A stretch of 64,000 bases of DNA, from contig OX597818.1 of the NCBI GenBank assembly GCA_951406725.2, forward strand, positions 80,600,001 to 80,664,000, read 5' to 3'. The notes below the pieces were generated by a model. That model was not told the origin of the DNA. It saw only the letters and a program-made list of their open reading frames with translations, and did not search any database. The position numbers and the translations under genes were made by a program. Below are positions 13,916-30,802 of the stretch, one piece after another (the stretch's first letter is position 1; every line of letters begins with the position of its first letter). This DNA is from Octopus vulgaris. Lineage: Eukaryota.

Positions 13916-14739
13916 ATATATATATATATACATATCTGACGGGCTTCTTTCAGTTTCTGTCTACCAAATAAAATGTATGTAATAAAATCTGATAGACTGA
14001 GCACTACAGGGATAAATAATACACACACACCTGCACATGTGCGTGAGTTCACACAACCATACCTATACATATCTGACACTGAACTCAATACTTGGAATGT
14101 GTGTGTGTGTTGATATCTGTATGTATGTAGATGTTTGTGTGTTGACATACATATGTAATATGCATATGTAGTGTGTGTGTGTGTATATATATATGCATTA
14201 TATATATATATACACACACACACATGCTCATATATATATACACGCATACATACACACACACATGCTCATATATATACATGCATACACTCACATATACACA
14301 CACTGTTTTGAACAATATATATATTTTTTGCCTACATACATAGGTATATGTATTTATTATTTAAAACAACAATCATATCAAGTGGCCAACATAGAGAAAA
14401 TCCCTTATAGATAATAATTACTATAGATGTATGATTATGCAAATATGATTATAATTAAGGGCACGGGAGAGGTACCACCATGCTAGACATAGCAGTCAGT
14501 ATATATTCATGTTTATATATATAAAAATAAAATGACAACAAATTTTCCTATTGTGTATATTCTTTACCCTTTGCACTCCTTCCTGCTTTCCTTTTCACAT
14601 ATTTTCTTACTCTATTCATGGCATTTCAACAATGGCTGAGATATAAATCAGAAGACTCCTCCTCATAGAAACTAACAGCATTATATTCAATGCTCCAACA
14701 ATTCTGCATACTCACTGCCCTCAATAATAATAATAATAA

Positions 14740-15380
14740 TGGTTTCAAATTTTGCCACAATGGCAGTAATTTTGGGTGGAGGGGATATGTCAATTACATT
14801 GACCTCTGTGTTCAATTGATATTTAATTTATCGACCGACCCAAAAGGATGAAAGGCAAAGTCGACCTCGGCAGAATTTGAACTCAGAACGTAGCGGCAGA
14901 CGAAATACCGATAAGCATTTCGTTGAACATGCTAACAATTCTGCAAGTTTGTCGCCTTAATAATAATGATAATAATGGTTTCAAATTTTGCCACGATGGC
15001 AGTAATTTTGGGGGAGGGAATGAGTTAGTCTCATCAACTCCAGTGTTCAGTTGGTACTTAATTTATCGTCCCCGAAAGGATGAAAGTCAAAGTCGACCTT
15101 AGCAAAATTTGAACTCAGAACATAGCGGCAGACAAAATACCACTAAGTATTTCACCTGGCATGCTAATGATTCTGCTAGCTGGCCATCTCTATAATAATA
15201 ATAATAGTAATAGTAATCATTTCAGATTTAGGCACAAGGCCAGCAATTCGAGAGGATGGGATAAGTCGATAGCGTCAACCCCAGTCTTTGACTGGTACTT
15301 ATTTCATTGTCCCTGAAAGGATAAAAGGCAAAACCAACCTTGGTAGAATTTGAACTCAGAATGTAAAGACAAACAGAATG
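14740..15380 (-). mobile_element. Three tandem SINE family B copies separated by (TAA)n
   Basis: The ~220-bp unit tttcaaattttgccac...gaatttgaactcagaa repeats three times. Confidence 0.85.
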
Positions 15381-16440
15381 TCAAGAATTTTGTCCATTGG
15401 ACTGTGGCCATGCTGGAGCTCTGCCTTGAAGGATTTAGTTGAACAAATTGACTTCAGTTCTTTGTCTTAAGCCTAATGCTTATTCTATCAGACTCTTTTG
15501 CCGAACTGTTAAGTTGCAAGGATATGAAAACAAAATAACACTAGTTGCCAAGCTGTGGTGGGCAAAAACACACTCACACACACACGCACACACAAAGGCT
15601 TCTTTCAGTTTCCAGATAGATATAAATTGATAAATATGTTCAGATATATATATATATATTTACACACAAACATGTATCTATTTATTCACAAACACAAACC
15701 CATGTGTGTGTGTGTGTGTGCGTGTATGTGTGTTAAAATAGCCTAAATAAATGTTGATTGGTCGGTTCGTTGGTTTCTCCACTCATGTTTTTCCTTGTAT
15801 TGAGAGAGAGCAAGAGAGTAAACATTAACAGAAGTACAGGGTGAGTGCACATAATAGGCTTAGTGGCAGGAAGATGAGGAAAGGAAGTGACAAAGTAGTT
15901 AAGAAAGAAGTTATACAAATGAAAAATGTATTCTATTCAAATTCATTTTATGGTAATAAATCTTAGTTTTTGCAAAAAATATTCCTTTCATCATTTTGTA
16001 TGAGAACCAAGAAATTTGATAAGGTATATAATTATTGCATGTATCCCATATTTCTCGATATTACCCACGGTGGCAAAATTATACTTTCAAAGTTATCCAC
16101 CATATGATGGGTAACAGTCTAGTGTACACGCACATACACAAATGTACATACATACGTAGAAAAAGCTGATTTGAAGACTACAGATCCAAGCTATCACTGG
16201 AACAGTAAAATTCTGTAAAACTTTCTGGAAGTGTATATGTGCTTGTCTAGATATGCAACTATATACATGAGAATACATATATAAAACAAAGCATACAAAT
16301 TTGCACGTGTATATACATACATACAAAAATATCCCGTTGATGTTGAAATTTCAATGAAGGAGCCTTGAATCTAGGTTAGAAACAGGCGCTTTCTCTATTG
16401 GCAAGAAATCCTGAAATAAACCTGAATTATAACATACATA

Positions 16441-17299
16441 CAGAGGCTTTATTCTAGAAGTTTTCAAACTTTTTCAGGCAAGACATTTATCAATTTCAAA
16501 GTACAAAACTCTAATCTCCTTCAAAGGAGGATCTTCTAACTTAAATACAATTACAGTAGCATTCCAGCCACTTCAGGAATCCCCCATAGAAGTTCTCCAA
16601 ACTGAAGGTGTCCAAGACCCTTGTCACTGCCTCTGTCAGCTTGGGGAACAACCAAAAGTCACAGGTAGCAAGGTTTGGATTGTAGGGAGGCTGAGGGTCA
16701 GTTTTGATAGTCATCTCTGTCAAGTAGTTGGCTACTAGGATGAAACTGCAGCCTGGTGCATTGCCCTGGTGCAGATGCTCTAACATTTTGTGACAAAGGC
16801 TCTTCCTGAACTCCTTCAAAACCTCCACAAAGTACACTTTGTTGACCATCTGACCAGATAGAAACCAGTGGATATAGATGATGCCTTTGCTATTGGAAAA
16901 TGTGATTATCATGTACTTCCTGGTGATCTTGCTTTACCTGGCCTCTTGTGCCAGTGAAAAACATGCTCAGCTCATACAAGCTAATCCTTAAGCAGTCTTT
17001 GGCATTTCATAAGTTTCTGTAGCGTTTTCCCAATTTGACACAAAACTTTATTGCATAGTGAGCTTCCGAATTGTTTTCACAGCCTGACTGCATTCTGTAA
17101 CCTAGTCAGCTGTGACAAGCAGTGCTTAGTAGAGTGTGTTTAAAGTGCTTGTTACAGCCATATCCTTCAGTCTGGAATAACTAAAGTTAGCAGGTCAACT
17201 TATTAGATGTATTGTAACGATGTACTAAAATTACAATAATCTAACCATATATAACCGCTTCTCCTAAAAAAAGTCTTAAAACTTCTGAAAATCACCTTG
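16441..17299 (-). mobile_element. Decayed mariner transposon
   Basis: ORF 16541-16912 carries HQGNAP (for HQDNAP) and PPYNPNLATCDFWLFPKL (for YSPDLAPCDF); degenerate TIRs with TA flanks. Confidence 0.88.
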
Positions 17300-17576
17300 T
17301 ATGTTTGTGTGTGTGTAATATATTAATATATATATATATATATATATGTGTATATATATATATATATATATGTGTGTGTATATATGTGTGTGTGTGTGTA
17401 TATATATGTGTGTGTGCATATATATATGTGTGTGTGTGTGTATATATGTGTGTGTATATATATGTGTGTGTGTATACATATATATGTGTGTATATATATA
17501 TGTGTGTGTATATATATATGTGTGTGTGTATATATATATGTGTGTGTGTATATATATATGTGTGTGTGTATATATA

Positions 17577-17607
<31 letters not shown>

Positions 17608-17718
17608 GTGTGTGTGTGTGTATATATATATATGTGTGTGTGTGTGTATGTATATATATATATATGTGTGTGTGTGTGTATGTATATATATATATATGTG
17701 TGTGTGAGTATGTATATA
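17300..17718. repeat. (TA)n(TG)n compound microsatellite array
   Basis: Directly visible. Confidence 0.95.
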
Positions 17719-18471
17719 TAATTGTCCAGTATTTTTCTGCTTTTGTCACAGAAGAGAAAACTAAAATAAAGATGGGTTTTATTGTTAATAAATAATAAAT
17801 TACAAGCAAAATAACTTATTCCTTTTAGTTTTTTTCTGATGAAACGATAGTCGTAACATATTGACTGATTTTTTTAAAGATGTTGAATAAAACCATTCTG
17901 TTCTCTTTTCAACATTGGTTTCTTTTTTGTAGTTGTTTTATCATCGATCTTACAACTAAGGTATATATTTATGTGTGTGTATATAGATATAAGCTTAATG
18001 GTTTGTATTTATATGGTTTATGCATGTATTTATAGTTTATATTACATGTATAAAGCTAGATTGATTTTTTTCTATATAGGTTATATATATATATGTGCAT
18101 ATGTGTATGTATATATATACTTATATATATATATATTATATAGATAGATCAATAAATAAACTGATAAATATGGATGTTGATACAAATATAAGTACATATG
18201 TGTGTATGTGGTGTACATATGTAGATATGCATACTAATCATATAAATATGTCTATGCACACACATACACGCTACTTTATATATTTATAAATTTAATGGAC
18301 TAGTTTTCTAGTTACAAAGACAGTGATCGGATGACCCTGTGTTTTTTATATATATTGCAAGCGAGGTAAACAGCTGCCATGCCTAGCAATGAGTACCCAC
18401 CACTGAGGAGAGTCAATACAGATCGAAACCACATCATCTGGTGGTCTTGAAGCTAGGGTGGCAGAAGTTAC

Positions 18472-18592
18472 CTTCCGTTTGCAATAAATATCAGGTGTAA
18501 GAATCACACTGAATAAACTAGCTGGAGATTGCTTCCTAAGGTTAATTGGCAGTATCGTCTTAGAGGACAGCCACATTGAAGTAGCCATAATA
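18472..18592 (-). CDS. Candidate coding exon of an unidentified gene (MATSMWLSSKTILPINLRKQSPASLFSVILTPDIYCKRK)
   Basis: Non-repetitive sequence; acceptor attcttttcAG, ATG at 18588, donor AAG|GTAACT in phase 0. An alternative donor TG|GTGGGT lies at 18400 and the frame stays open to it. Confidence 0.4.
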
Positions 18593-18708
18593 CTGAAAAG
18601 AATACAATTTTTCAAAAAACAAAAAAGATTCCTTAAAATTAAAACAAATTTCTCATTTGCGCAACTTCTCTCACAACTACTCTATCATTTACCCCTTCTT
18701 TACTTTGT

Positions 18709-18992
18709 GAAGGCACATGGCTCAGTGGTTAGAGCATCGAGCTTACGATTGTGACATTGTGAGCTCGAATCCCGGACTGGGCTGCATGTTGTGTTTTTGA
18801 GCAAGACAATTTATTTCATGTTGCTCCAGTTTACTCAGCTGTAGAAATGAGTAGCAACGTCACAGGTGCCAAGCTGTATTGGCCTTTGCCTTTCCCTTGG
18901 ATAACATTAGTGGCGTGGAAAGGGGAGGCTGGTCTTCCATAAACAACCTTGTCCAGACTTATGGTCTGTGTCGTGACCAAAGGGGGTCTCAC
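18709..18992 (+). mobile_element. SINE family C (CORE-like)
   Basis: tggctcagtggttag A box, B-box-like ctcgaatccc, ttgagcaagaca...ttgctccag core. Confidence 0.8.
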
Positions 18993-19442
18993 TTTGTGTA
19001 TAACATCCCTCTACTCATTGCCTGCCTCCAGTTCAAGCATGTACACTCATCTTGCACCACATATGTCGACCCTCTCTGTATCTCTTGTTTACTCTTTCTA
19101 TATATAATATAAAGCTTGACTGGAGACCTCAACTAACCAACTAAATAACATATCAGCTATTATTATATAACTGTATCGACCAGATTATATCACATTTCTA
19201 AACATCACTGGTCACAATGTGCTTCCTTGTATTGATGCAGCTTTGAAATGATACCACCTTGCTGGCTAGATGTGCAGGCCAACATTGCTCCAGAATGAGA
19301 TGCCAGTCCATCACTGGGTTACCCATTTACAGCTGAATTGACTGGGGCAATGTGAAATGAAGTGTATAAGAGCAATAAATTTGTACTCTACAAAAGTATA
19401 GAGTAACCCATAAAATTAATGTAAAATTGTTCTTATTGTAAC

Positions 19443-20171
19443 TGAACTGGCAGAATTGTAGCATGCCAGGCAGAATACTTCACAGTATTATGTCTGTCTC
19501 TAGGTTCTGAGTTCAAATTCTGCCGAGGTCAACTTTGCCTTTCTTCCTTTCGGGGTCGATAAATTAAATACCAGGGAAACACTTGGATTGATGTAACTGA
19601 CTAATTCCCTCCCACAAAATTTCAGGCCTTTTGCCTATATTAGGTAGAAAAGATTATAACCAAACATGTAAACAAACTTTAATATAGTTTTGTATGTGTG
19701 TGTGTCTGTGTGTATAAAATAGGTATTTTTTAAAATTCTTTTACTTGTTTCAATCGGTTGGCTGCGGCCATGCTGGAGCACCACTTTTAGTCGAACAAAT
19801 CGACCCCAGGACTTATTCTTTGAAGCCTAGTGCTTATTCTATTGGTCTCTTTTGCTGAACCGCTAAGTAGAAGACACTTGCCCAAGGTGCCATACTGTAG
19901 GATTGGACCTGGAACCATGTGGTTGGGAAGCAAGCTTCTTAACACACAGCCATGCCTGCATCTATATATACTCTTTTACTCTTTTCAGCCATACTGGAGC
20001 ACCGCCTTTAGTCAAGCAAACTGACCCCAGGATTTATTCTTTGTATGTCTAGTGCTTATTCTTTCGGTCTCTTTTGCCGAACCACTAAGTTACGGGGACG
20101 TAAACACACCAGCATCAGTTGTCAAGCGATGTTGGAAGGACAAACACACACACAAACATATACACACACAC

Positions 20172-20228
<57 letters not shown>

Positions 20229-20395
20229 CACGACAGGCTTCTTTCAGTTTCCATCTACCAAATCCACTCACAAAGATTTGGTCAGCCCGAGGTTATAGTA
20301 GAAGACACTTGCCTTAGGTGGCATGCAGTGGGACTGAACCTGGAACCATATGGTTGGTAAACAAGCTACTTACCACACAGCCACTCCTACCCCTA
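19443..20395. mobile_element. SINE cluster (family B on +, two family A on -)
   Basis: Matches other copies in the window. Confidence 0.85.
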
Positions 20396-22149
20396 TGTAT
20401 AACTTAATATCATATAAAAATTGGTTGCTGTCTTATCTGCTTGCTTTTCGTGCATCACGTGCAGAAGTTGACAGAAACCTAGGGGACAATCACATCACAA
20501 TATTACTTTGCTAGAAGTTGACGTCATTTAAGACCAAAGTATTGAACATTCATTTATACAAGCGATTACCATCCACAGACAACATTGCCAATAAATCTAC
20601 AATATTATGATAAAAATATTCTGTTTCTTATCATTATTTTCATAATTTTTTTTCTTTTCCTTTTCTTTTTTACATTTATCGTATTTTGACGATATCAGAA
20701 TTTCATTAATAAATTTCCAATTTTGGTCAATACATAATTTCTTCACAGACAACCAAACCAACAAATATCAGATTCAGTCTTTTACAGCAGAATTTCAATT
20801 TGTCATTCATTTTCAGTCGATTTTAGATAAAGAAAAAAAAAATCTCTTTTCCCGATAATTTCGTTAATGTTTGGTTTCTTTTATATAATAACACCCAAAC
20901 ATTTTTTATCAGCTCAACCGGCCAGGTACTGTTCCCTCGTAGTGTGTGCATGTGTGTGTTTCAAAGAAGATATTTTGCTGTTTTGTCCAGCACGTCAAAT
21001 AACATTCTTTGATTGGTTTTCACAGCTTCTGAAGATAAGAAACATTCACATTTACTGTTTATCTTCTTCTAGCTATCAATCTGTCTGTTTCTGCCTATCT
21101 GTCTGTCTTCCTCTTTGGCTTGACCGGAACTGGCAAGACCAGGGCCACACCAGGCTTCATGGTCTATTCTAGCTTGGTTTTTACGGCTGGATGCCTTTCC
21201 TAACACCAACCACTTCACAAAGGGTACTGGGTGCATTTTATGTGCCACCAGTGCTTTTTACCTGAAAGAAAGCCAGTTGTAGATATGTGTGTGTGTGTAT
21301 GTGTTTTAGTCCCCTCACCATAGCTTAACAACTGATGTTGATGTGCTTACGTCCCCATAACTTAGCGGTTCAGCAAAAGACACCGATAGAATAAGTGCTA
21401 GGCTTTCAAAGATTAAGTCCTGGGGTTGATTTGTTCGACTAAAGGTGGTGCCCCAGCATGGCCACAGCCAAATGATTGAAACATGTAAAAGAATAAAAGA
21501 AAAAATATCTATTTGATACATACAATGATTTTTAGATGGCACCTTGGTAATAGGATCTCTATTCTGTTGTGGTGGGTGGGCCTTATAATTATATAATTAT
21601 GTTTCTATTTCAACTTCCTTCCTTCTATACACACCCACCCATATGTAGGTGGCTGAGTATTCCTAAAACACTTGTGCCACTCTTATGCCCTTAATGCAAT
21701 GCTCAGGCAGAATTAGCACAACAGTGTGTGGTAAGCAAGCTCAGCAATTTGAAATAAATGCCATGTAAAAGAGCTCATGCCAGTCAGTGCCATGTTAAAA
21801 GCACCCAGTACACTCTGTACAGTGGTTGGCATTGGAAAGGGCAACCAGCCATTAGAAACCAAGCCAAATCAGCCTCAAACCTTTCTGGCTTGTCAGGTCA
21901 AACCATCCAACCCATGCCAGTATGGAAAACAGAAGTTGAAAGATGATGATGATAATAATGATGTAGAGACTGACCAAGGGGTTTTTGCTCTTTCTGTCAA
22001 CCGAGCTTCATTCATAAAACACTACTCTGAAGATTAGAACCCACTTCCTCAGCATTGCAAAGTGACTTCTTCAGCCAGTCCACAAACTGTGTGTGTGTAT
22101 CTGTGCATAAGAAGAGAACCAATTACTGACCAATTTCTTCCTCATTAAC

Positions 22150-22368
22150 CCTTTAGCAATTGAACCAGCTCTATCCGGTCAAAATATTCTGTTTGTTTTA
22201 TGTTCCAACTGGCCCACTACAGCCTCTCACACTTACCCAACAATGTCAAGCTAAAAGTAACCAACCCCACGGCACAAACCTCAAAGCTACGAGATAATGC
22301 ATGGTTAATTCAAAACAATGTGAATAAATAAGCATTACATTTAACAAAGCAATCTAAATGTTAATGGA
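22150..22368. mobile_element. piggyBac-type MITE, degenerate
   Basis: TTAA|ccctttagca ... tgttaatgga|TTAA. Confidence 0.5.
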
Positions 22369-22799
22369 TTAAATATAGCTTCCATTACCCTTCTTCATTT
22401 TTAAATCATTTTTTTCCCCTCCACTCATTTGACTACTCCCCTCTCGTTTCTCTAAAACACTTTTACTTTTTCTGCCACACCTACATTTACTTATACACAC
22501 ACACACACACACACACACAGCATATCTCCAGTTTCTTTCATTACCATTTGATAATCCGAAACATGAAGCTTTTAGGTTATTGTAATTACCAATTCTTTTC
22601 TTAGCTTCTATTAAATCATTAAATTGTGTGTGTATTGAGATGTCTGAGTATGTGTGTATATATATATATATATACACATTTATATGTATTAGCTTACATG
22701 CACATATATACACACCCATAGATATATACACACACTCATTAACACACAAAACTATACAATGGTGAACCAAAAATAAAGATTGTGTTACATTCTCATATA

Positions 22800-26285
<3,486 letters not shown>

Positions 26286-26432
26286 ATTCGGGAATAACCA
26301 TATTTTTATGAATTTCTGTTAGCTTGCTTTCCTCATTTAATATAAGTGAAATTATTTTATGTATTTAGACGATTTAACGTCTATTTTTCAGCATATTTGC
26401 AAAGAAATTTTTCTTTTCTGCCCTTATTTATG

Positions 26433-26467
<35 letters not shown>

Positions 26468-26696
26468 TACACACACTCAGTGTTTTCGTTTAGGGATAAT
26501 GATACTAATAACCAGCAGTTAGAACTCAGTATAGTTATATAGTTATGCTTTAGAGTAAAGCATTAGACAAGTACAAAGCATAATAATTAATGAATGACAA
26601 GAAAATAGAAGGTATTTAATCACCTTTAGTAGTTTAACAGCTGTTTCTACTATAAGAAGCAGTGCACTGAGAGATGAGTGTTGGTGCGACATCCTA

Positions 26697-26870
26697 CAAG
26701 GGGGTCCTGAAAATTTCCTGACGTTAAGGATATCACGAAAGTCCTGGCTGGAGGCCTCAGTCTTCCGAGTTCTTTTACAGGGCTTAGAAAAATCAAAGGA
26801 CTGCTGCAATAAGTGCGTGAATTTGAGAGGGGAATATGCTGAATAAAATCATGATTAACTGATCTGACTA
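26697..26870 (+). mobile_element. Short mariner-derived element
   Basis: TA|caagggggtcctgaaaatttcctg start; encodes CNKCVNLRGEYAE*, a mariner C-terminus. Confidence 0.6.
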
Positions 26871-27239
26871 TTTATACACACACACATATATATATACACA
26901 TATGCATATATTTATACATATATATATATACACATACATACACATGTATATAAACACATATATATACATGTACATACATATCTATACATACATAGATATA
27001 CACATATATATATATATACATGTATATATAGATACACATGCATACATATATATAGATATGTACACATACACATACCTTCAATATAATACATTTGAGCCAA
27101 GGTCAGGAATTTTTAAGCACTCCTCATATAGCTTCTTCAGAGCGAATTGTATACATGTATATATTGTGTGTGTGTGTGTGTGTTACTGTTCATCAAATCA
27201 CTCAAATGAATTATTTTTACAAATATTCTCTTCTTTTCT

Positions 27240-27458
27240 TTTCTACTCAAGGCACAAGGCCCGAAATTTGGTGGTGGGTGGGGCAGACGGTCAGTTGATT
27301 AGATCGACCCCTGTATGCAACTGGTACTTAATTTATCGACCCCAAAAGGATGAAAGGCAAAGTCGACCTCGGCGGAATTTGAACTCAGAACACGAAGACA
27401 TGTGAAATACCGCTAAGCATTTTGCCCGGCGTGCTGATGTTTCTGCCTGCTCGCCACT
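27240..27458 (-). mobile_element. SINE family B
   Basis: Matches the other copies. Confidence 0.85.
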
Positions 27459-27524
27459 ATCTTTTTTTTACAGATATTGCCAAGGCATGGGACGAGGTGG
27501 TGAAGCATGATCTTCAAGTTTTGA

Positions 27525-27802
27525 GCCTCACGGAGGCAGTGACTAGTGACCAAGATCTTTGGCGATATGCTGTGCTTGTGAAGACTTGTCAAGCCAAGTG
27601 AAATCATAGTCATGGCTGTTGTCTGTGGCACGTAAAAGCACCCATCACACTCTCTGAGTGGTTGGAGTTAGGAAGAGCATTCAGCCGTAGAAACCATACC
27701 AAATCAGACTGGAGTCTAATGCAACCCCTCAGTTTACCAACCCTGGTCAAACCGTCCAGCCCATGCTTGCATGGACAACGGATATTAAATGATGATGATG
27801 AT
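27525..27802 (+). mobile_element. RTE-LINE-type 3' end / RTE-related SINE
   Basis: ggttggagttaggaagagcattcagccgtagaaacc...attaaatgatgatgatgat tail. Related pieces lie at ~21120-21250 (-), 21760-21960 (+) and 62080-62300 (-). Confidence 0.6.
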
Positions 27803-27861
27803 TTGCAGATTTTATTAGTGCACTGATTCATTAAGACTCATCCATGAAGAAATTGTCATCA

Positions 27862-28240
27862 GGTGTAGGAGTGGGTCCGTGGTAAGTAGCTTGCTTACCA
27901 ACCACATGGGTCCAGGTTCAGTCCCACTGCGTGGCACCTTGGGCAAGTGTCTTCTACTATAACCCCAGGTTGACCAAAGCCTTGTGAATGGATTTGGTAG
28001 ATGGAAACTGAAAAAACCCGTTGTATATATATTTGTGTGTCTGTTTGTCCACCCAACATCGCTTGACAACCGATGCTGGTGTGTTTACGTTCCTGTAATA
28101 TAGCGGTTCGGCAAAAGAGAACTATATAATAAGTACTAGGCTTACAAAGAATAAGTCCTCGGGTCGATTTGCTTGACTAAAGGCAGTGCTACAGCATGGC
28201 CACAGTCAAATGACTGAAACAAGTAAAAGAGTAAAAGAGT
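27862..28240 (+). mobile_element. SINE family A, full length
   Basis: Head to aaagagtaaaagagt tail. Confidence 0.9.
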
Positions 28241-28720
28241 CTCTTTTGAAACCTTGAAAAAAAAAATTATATGAGTTTCCATAACTCTGTTAGACTGCGA
28301 TAGTGTTACCTTTGTTTGGAACCATTGAATAAACCCAATCCTTTCTTTGAGTGGGTTCTCACACTGCTTTAGACTGTGATAATATTTTAATGCCCTTAGC
28401 TGTTTCAGGCCAACCTAGATTGGGAATATGGGAGCAAGAAATATGGATAGAGTTAACTACACTTCATAGATACGTAGCCTTAACGTACATTGGTTACTTC
28501 TTTTGTTTGTTTGTTTTTATTTAAAAGAAAAAAAGATGAAAGAGGAATGAGTTCCAGAGGGAGTATATCTAAGGAAGCAAAGATATGTTTACAAGTGCTT
28601 AGTGCAAAGTCTTGCAAGACCCAGTAAGCGTGAAGAGGAGGATTAAGTTGGTTGTTTTATCATGTCTGTTAACCAACCGTATTGTCACGTGGTATTTCGT
28701 TCTCTGTATCTCTCACTCAC

Positions 28721-28779
<59 letters not shown>

Positions 28780-28784
<5 letters not shown>

Positions 28785-28960
28785 CACGCATATTTCAACG
28801 TACGCGAAAAAGACCTAACGCGAAACAAGGTTTCGCGTTAAGTCTTCTTCGGCTCTACACTGTATTCTTCTTTTGTTCTTTGATAAATTCACGCAAAAAA
28901 ATAAACCTCAACTACAGTTGATTGTTTATCTGACTTGACGTCGGTCTCGGCGAAGAGGTT
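28780..28960. promoter_or_regulatory. Candidate CpG-rich promoter element with hairpin and three ACGCGAAA (E2F-like) sites
   Basis: aagac-c-taacgcgaaac(aag)gtttcgcgtta-a-gtctt at 28810-28846, located at the edge of the CpG-depleted domain. Confidence 0.35.
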
Positions 28961-29196
28961 TAAAATCATACAATAATTTTTTTTTTTTTAATGCTTAAAA
29001 ACCAATACTGAGGTGGAAAAATCAAATAAAATACGTGAAAATATGTACAAACTATTCATCTAAAGCAAATATAAAACATGTCTTGCAACTGATCACCGAC
29101 GAAGTTTGAGGTATGCATGTATACATACACTTGTAATAATAAGAATTCGTTAACCACGTGAATTTGATGCTTCTCACATTTTAGTAATGAGATCTA

Positions 29197-29575
29197 AGGC
29201 GGTGAGTTGGCAGAATCGTCAGTACGCCGGGCAAAATGCTTAGCGGTATTTCGTCTGCCGTTACGTTCTGAGTTCAAATACCGCCGAGGTCGACTTTGCC
29301 TTTCATCCTTTCGGGGTCGATTAAATATGTACCAGTTACGCACCGGGGTCGATATAATCGACTTAATCCGTGTGTCTGTCCTTATTTGTCCCTTCTGTGT
29401 TTAGCCCCTTGTGGGTAGTAAAGAAATAGGTATTTCGTGTGTCTAAGTTCAAATTCCACCGAGGTCGACTTACTCCTTTCCTTGAATATTAAAGCTACTA
29501 CTCAAGAAATCGAACCTTGCAATCAACTTACTCCTTTCCCTGAATTTGCTGGCCTTGTGCCAAAATTTGAAACCG
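29197..29575 (+). mobile_element. SINE family B, near-consensus, plus a partial second copy
   Basis: CpG-intact copy: aaggcggtgagttggcagaatcg...ccccttgtgggtagtaaagaaata. Confidence 0.88.
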
Positions 29576-30075
29576 TATAATCACGAACCTCCAAAGTGGT
29601 CAATATTTATTGATTCTTGGGGGAGTGGTCTAAGTGGCTATCCAAGGAGTCAACGAAGACCTGAGTTTTTGTTGTTCTTTATCAATTTTCGTTAAGCATT
29701 TTCATTAAATTTATTTTTAATATCTCTTAGAAAAACGCGATAATGGCTCAAAAGAACGAAGGAATTATTGTTTAAATCCACCAAAATTTTATTAAGAATG
29801 CTTTTTATTTTAGAAATTTATATGATGGAGGTTGATATTTTATCAATGAAAAGAAGTTTTCATTGATAACGCTGACCCCTGCTCTGCGTGGTTGTTCAAG
29901 CAGCTAGAAATAGCAGCCAAATTTCCGTCACTTTTTAAAGAAAAACAAAGGAAGTGCACACTCACAAAATAATGCGAATCTGGACAGAAAATAAACAAAA
30001 TTCCAATAAGAAGACAATAGTCAAGGCTGGATCATCTTTGATTACAGGTCCGCTCGATGAGGGTAACCTGGAGCA

Positions 30076-30302
30076 GATCTTGTTAAAATTCTTCCAACCA
30101 CTTGATGTATTTCAAATTTTCACCAATTATTTTCCAAAAAAATGTAAATTTGCATGCTGATATCGAAAATCGCATTCATTTTTTTTTTCTAGAAATTAAT
30201 AATAATAATTTCTATCTCTGTGTAGAAAATTCGAAATAAAAAAAAAAATTCTGGTGAAAACTTGAAATACTTTGAGTCGTTGAAAGAATTTTAACAAGGT
30301 CC
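30076..30302. mobile_element. MULE-type MITE
   Basis: ~48-bp imperfect TIRs (cttgttaaaattctt...ttttcacca) and a 9-bp flanking duplication cctggagca (30067-30075 / 30303-30311). Confidence 0.6.
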
Positions 30303-30802
30303 CCTGGAGCATCCGCAACACGATACGTCTTTCACCACCAGAAGCAAACTAAAACGGCATGTAATTCTTGTCATAAAGAATAGAACTTTTGTGCAATGAA
30401 GTTTTTTTTTTTTCAGTTTCATTATTGTTTAGCCCAGAGTAGCTCTGAGCAGATCTATGATCCAAGGAGATCCAACCGTGACTGTCCCGTCTTTTTTGTA
30501 TATGACAGATTACCGTATTTTGTGGCAAGAGAGACGCACATTTTTGTTTAAAAACAAAAGTGGAAATACCAAGCGTTTTCGGTATTCCTACAGAAGTTAG
30601 TTCCTCACTCCCAACGACTTTGTTTCCTTGTAACTTTCAGGAAATAGGTAATTTTGATATTTTCTACAAACACCTTTCAGATAGTGTAGATTACGATTAT
30701 TTCGGAATTTAACGAGAAAAACATAATTGATGGATGCAACACATACATACTGATAGACATCACATAATTAAAAAAAAAAAAAAATTAATTTCAAATATCA
30801 TA

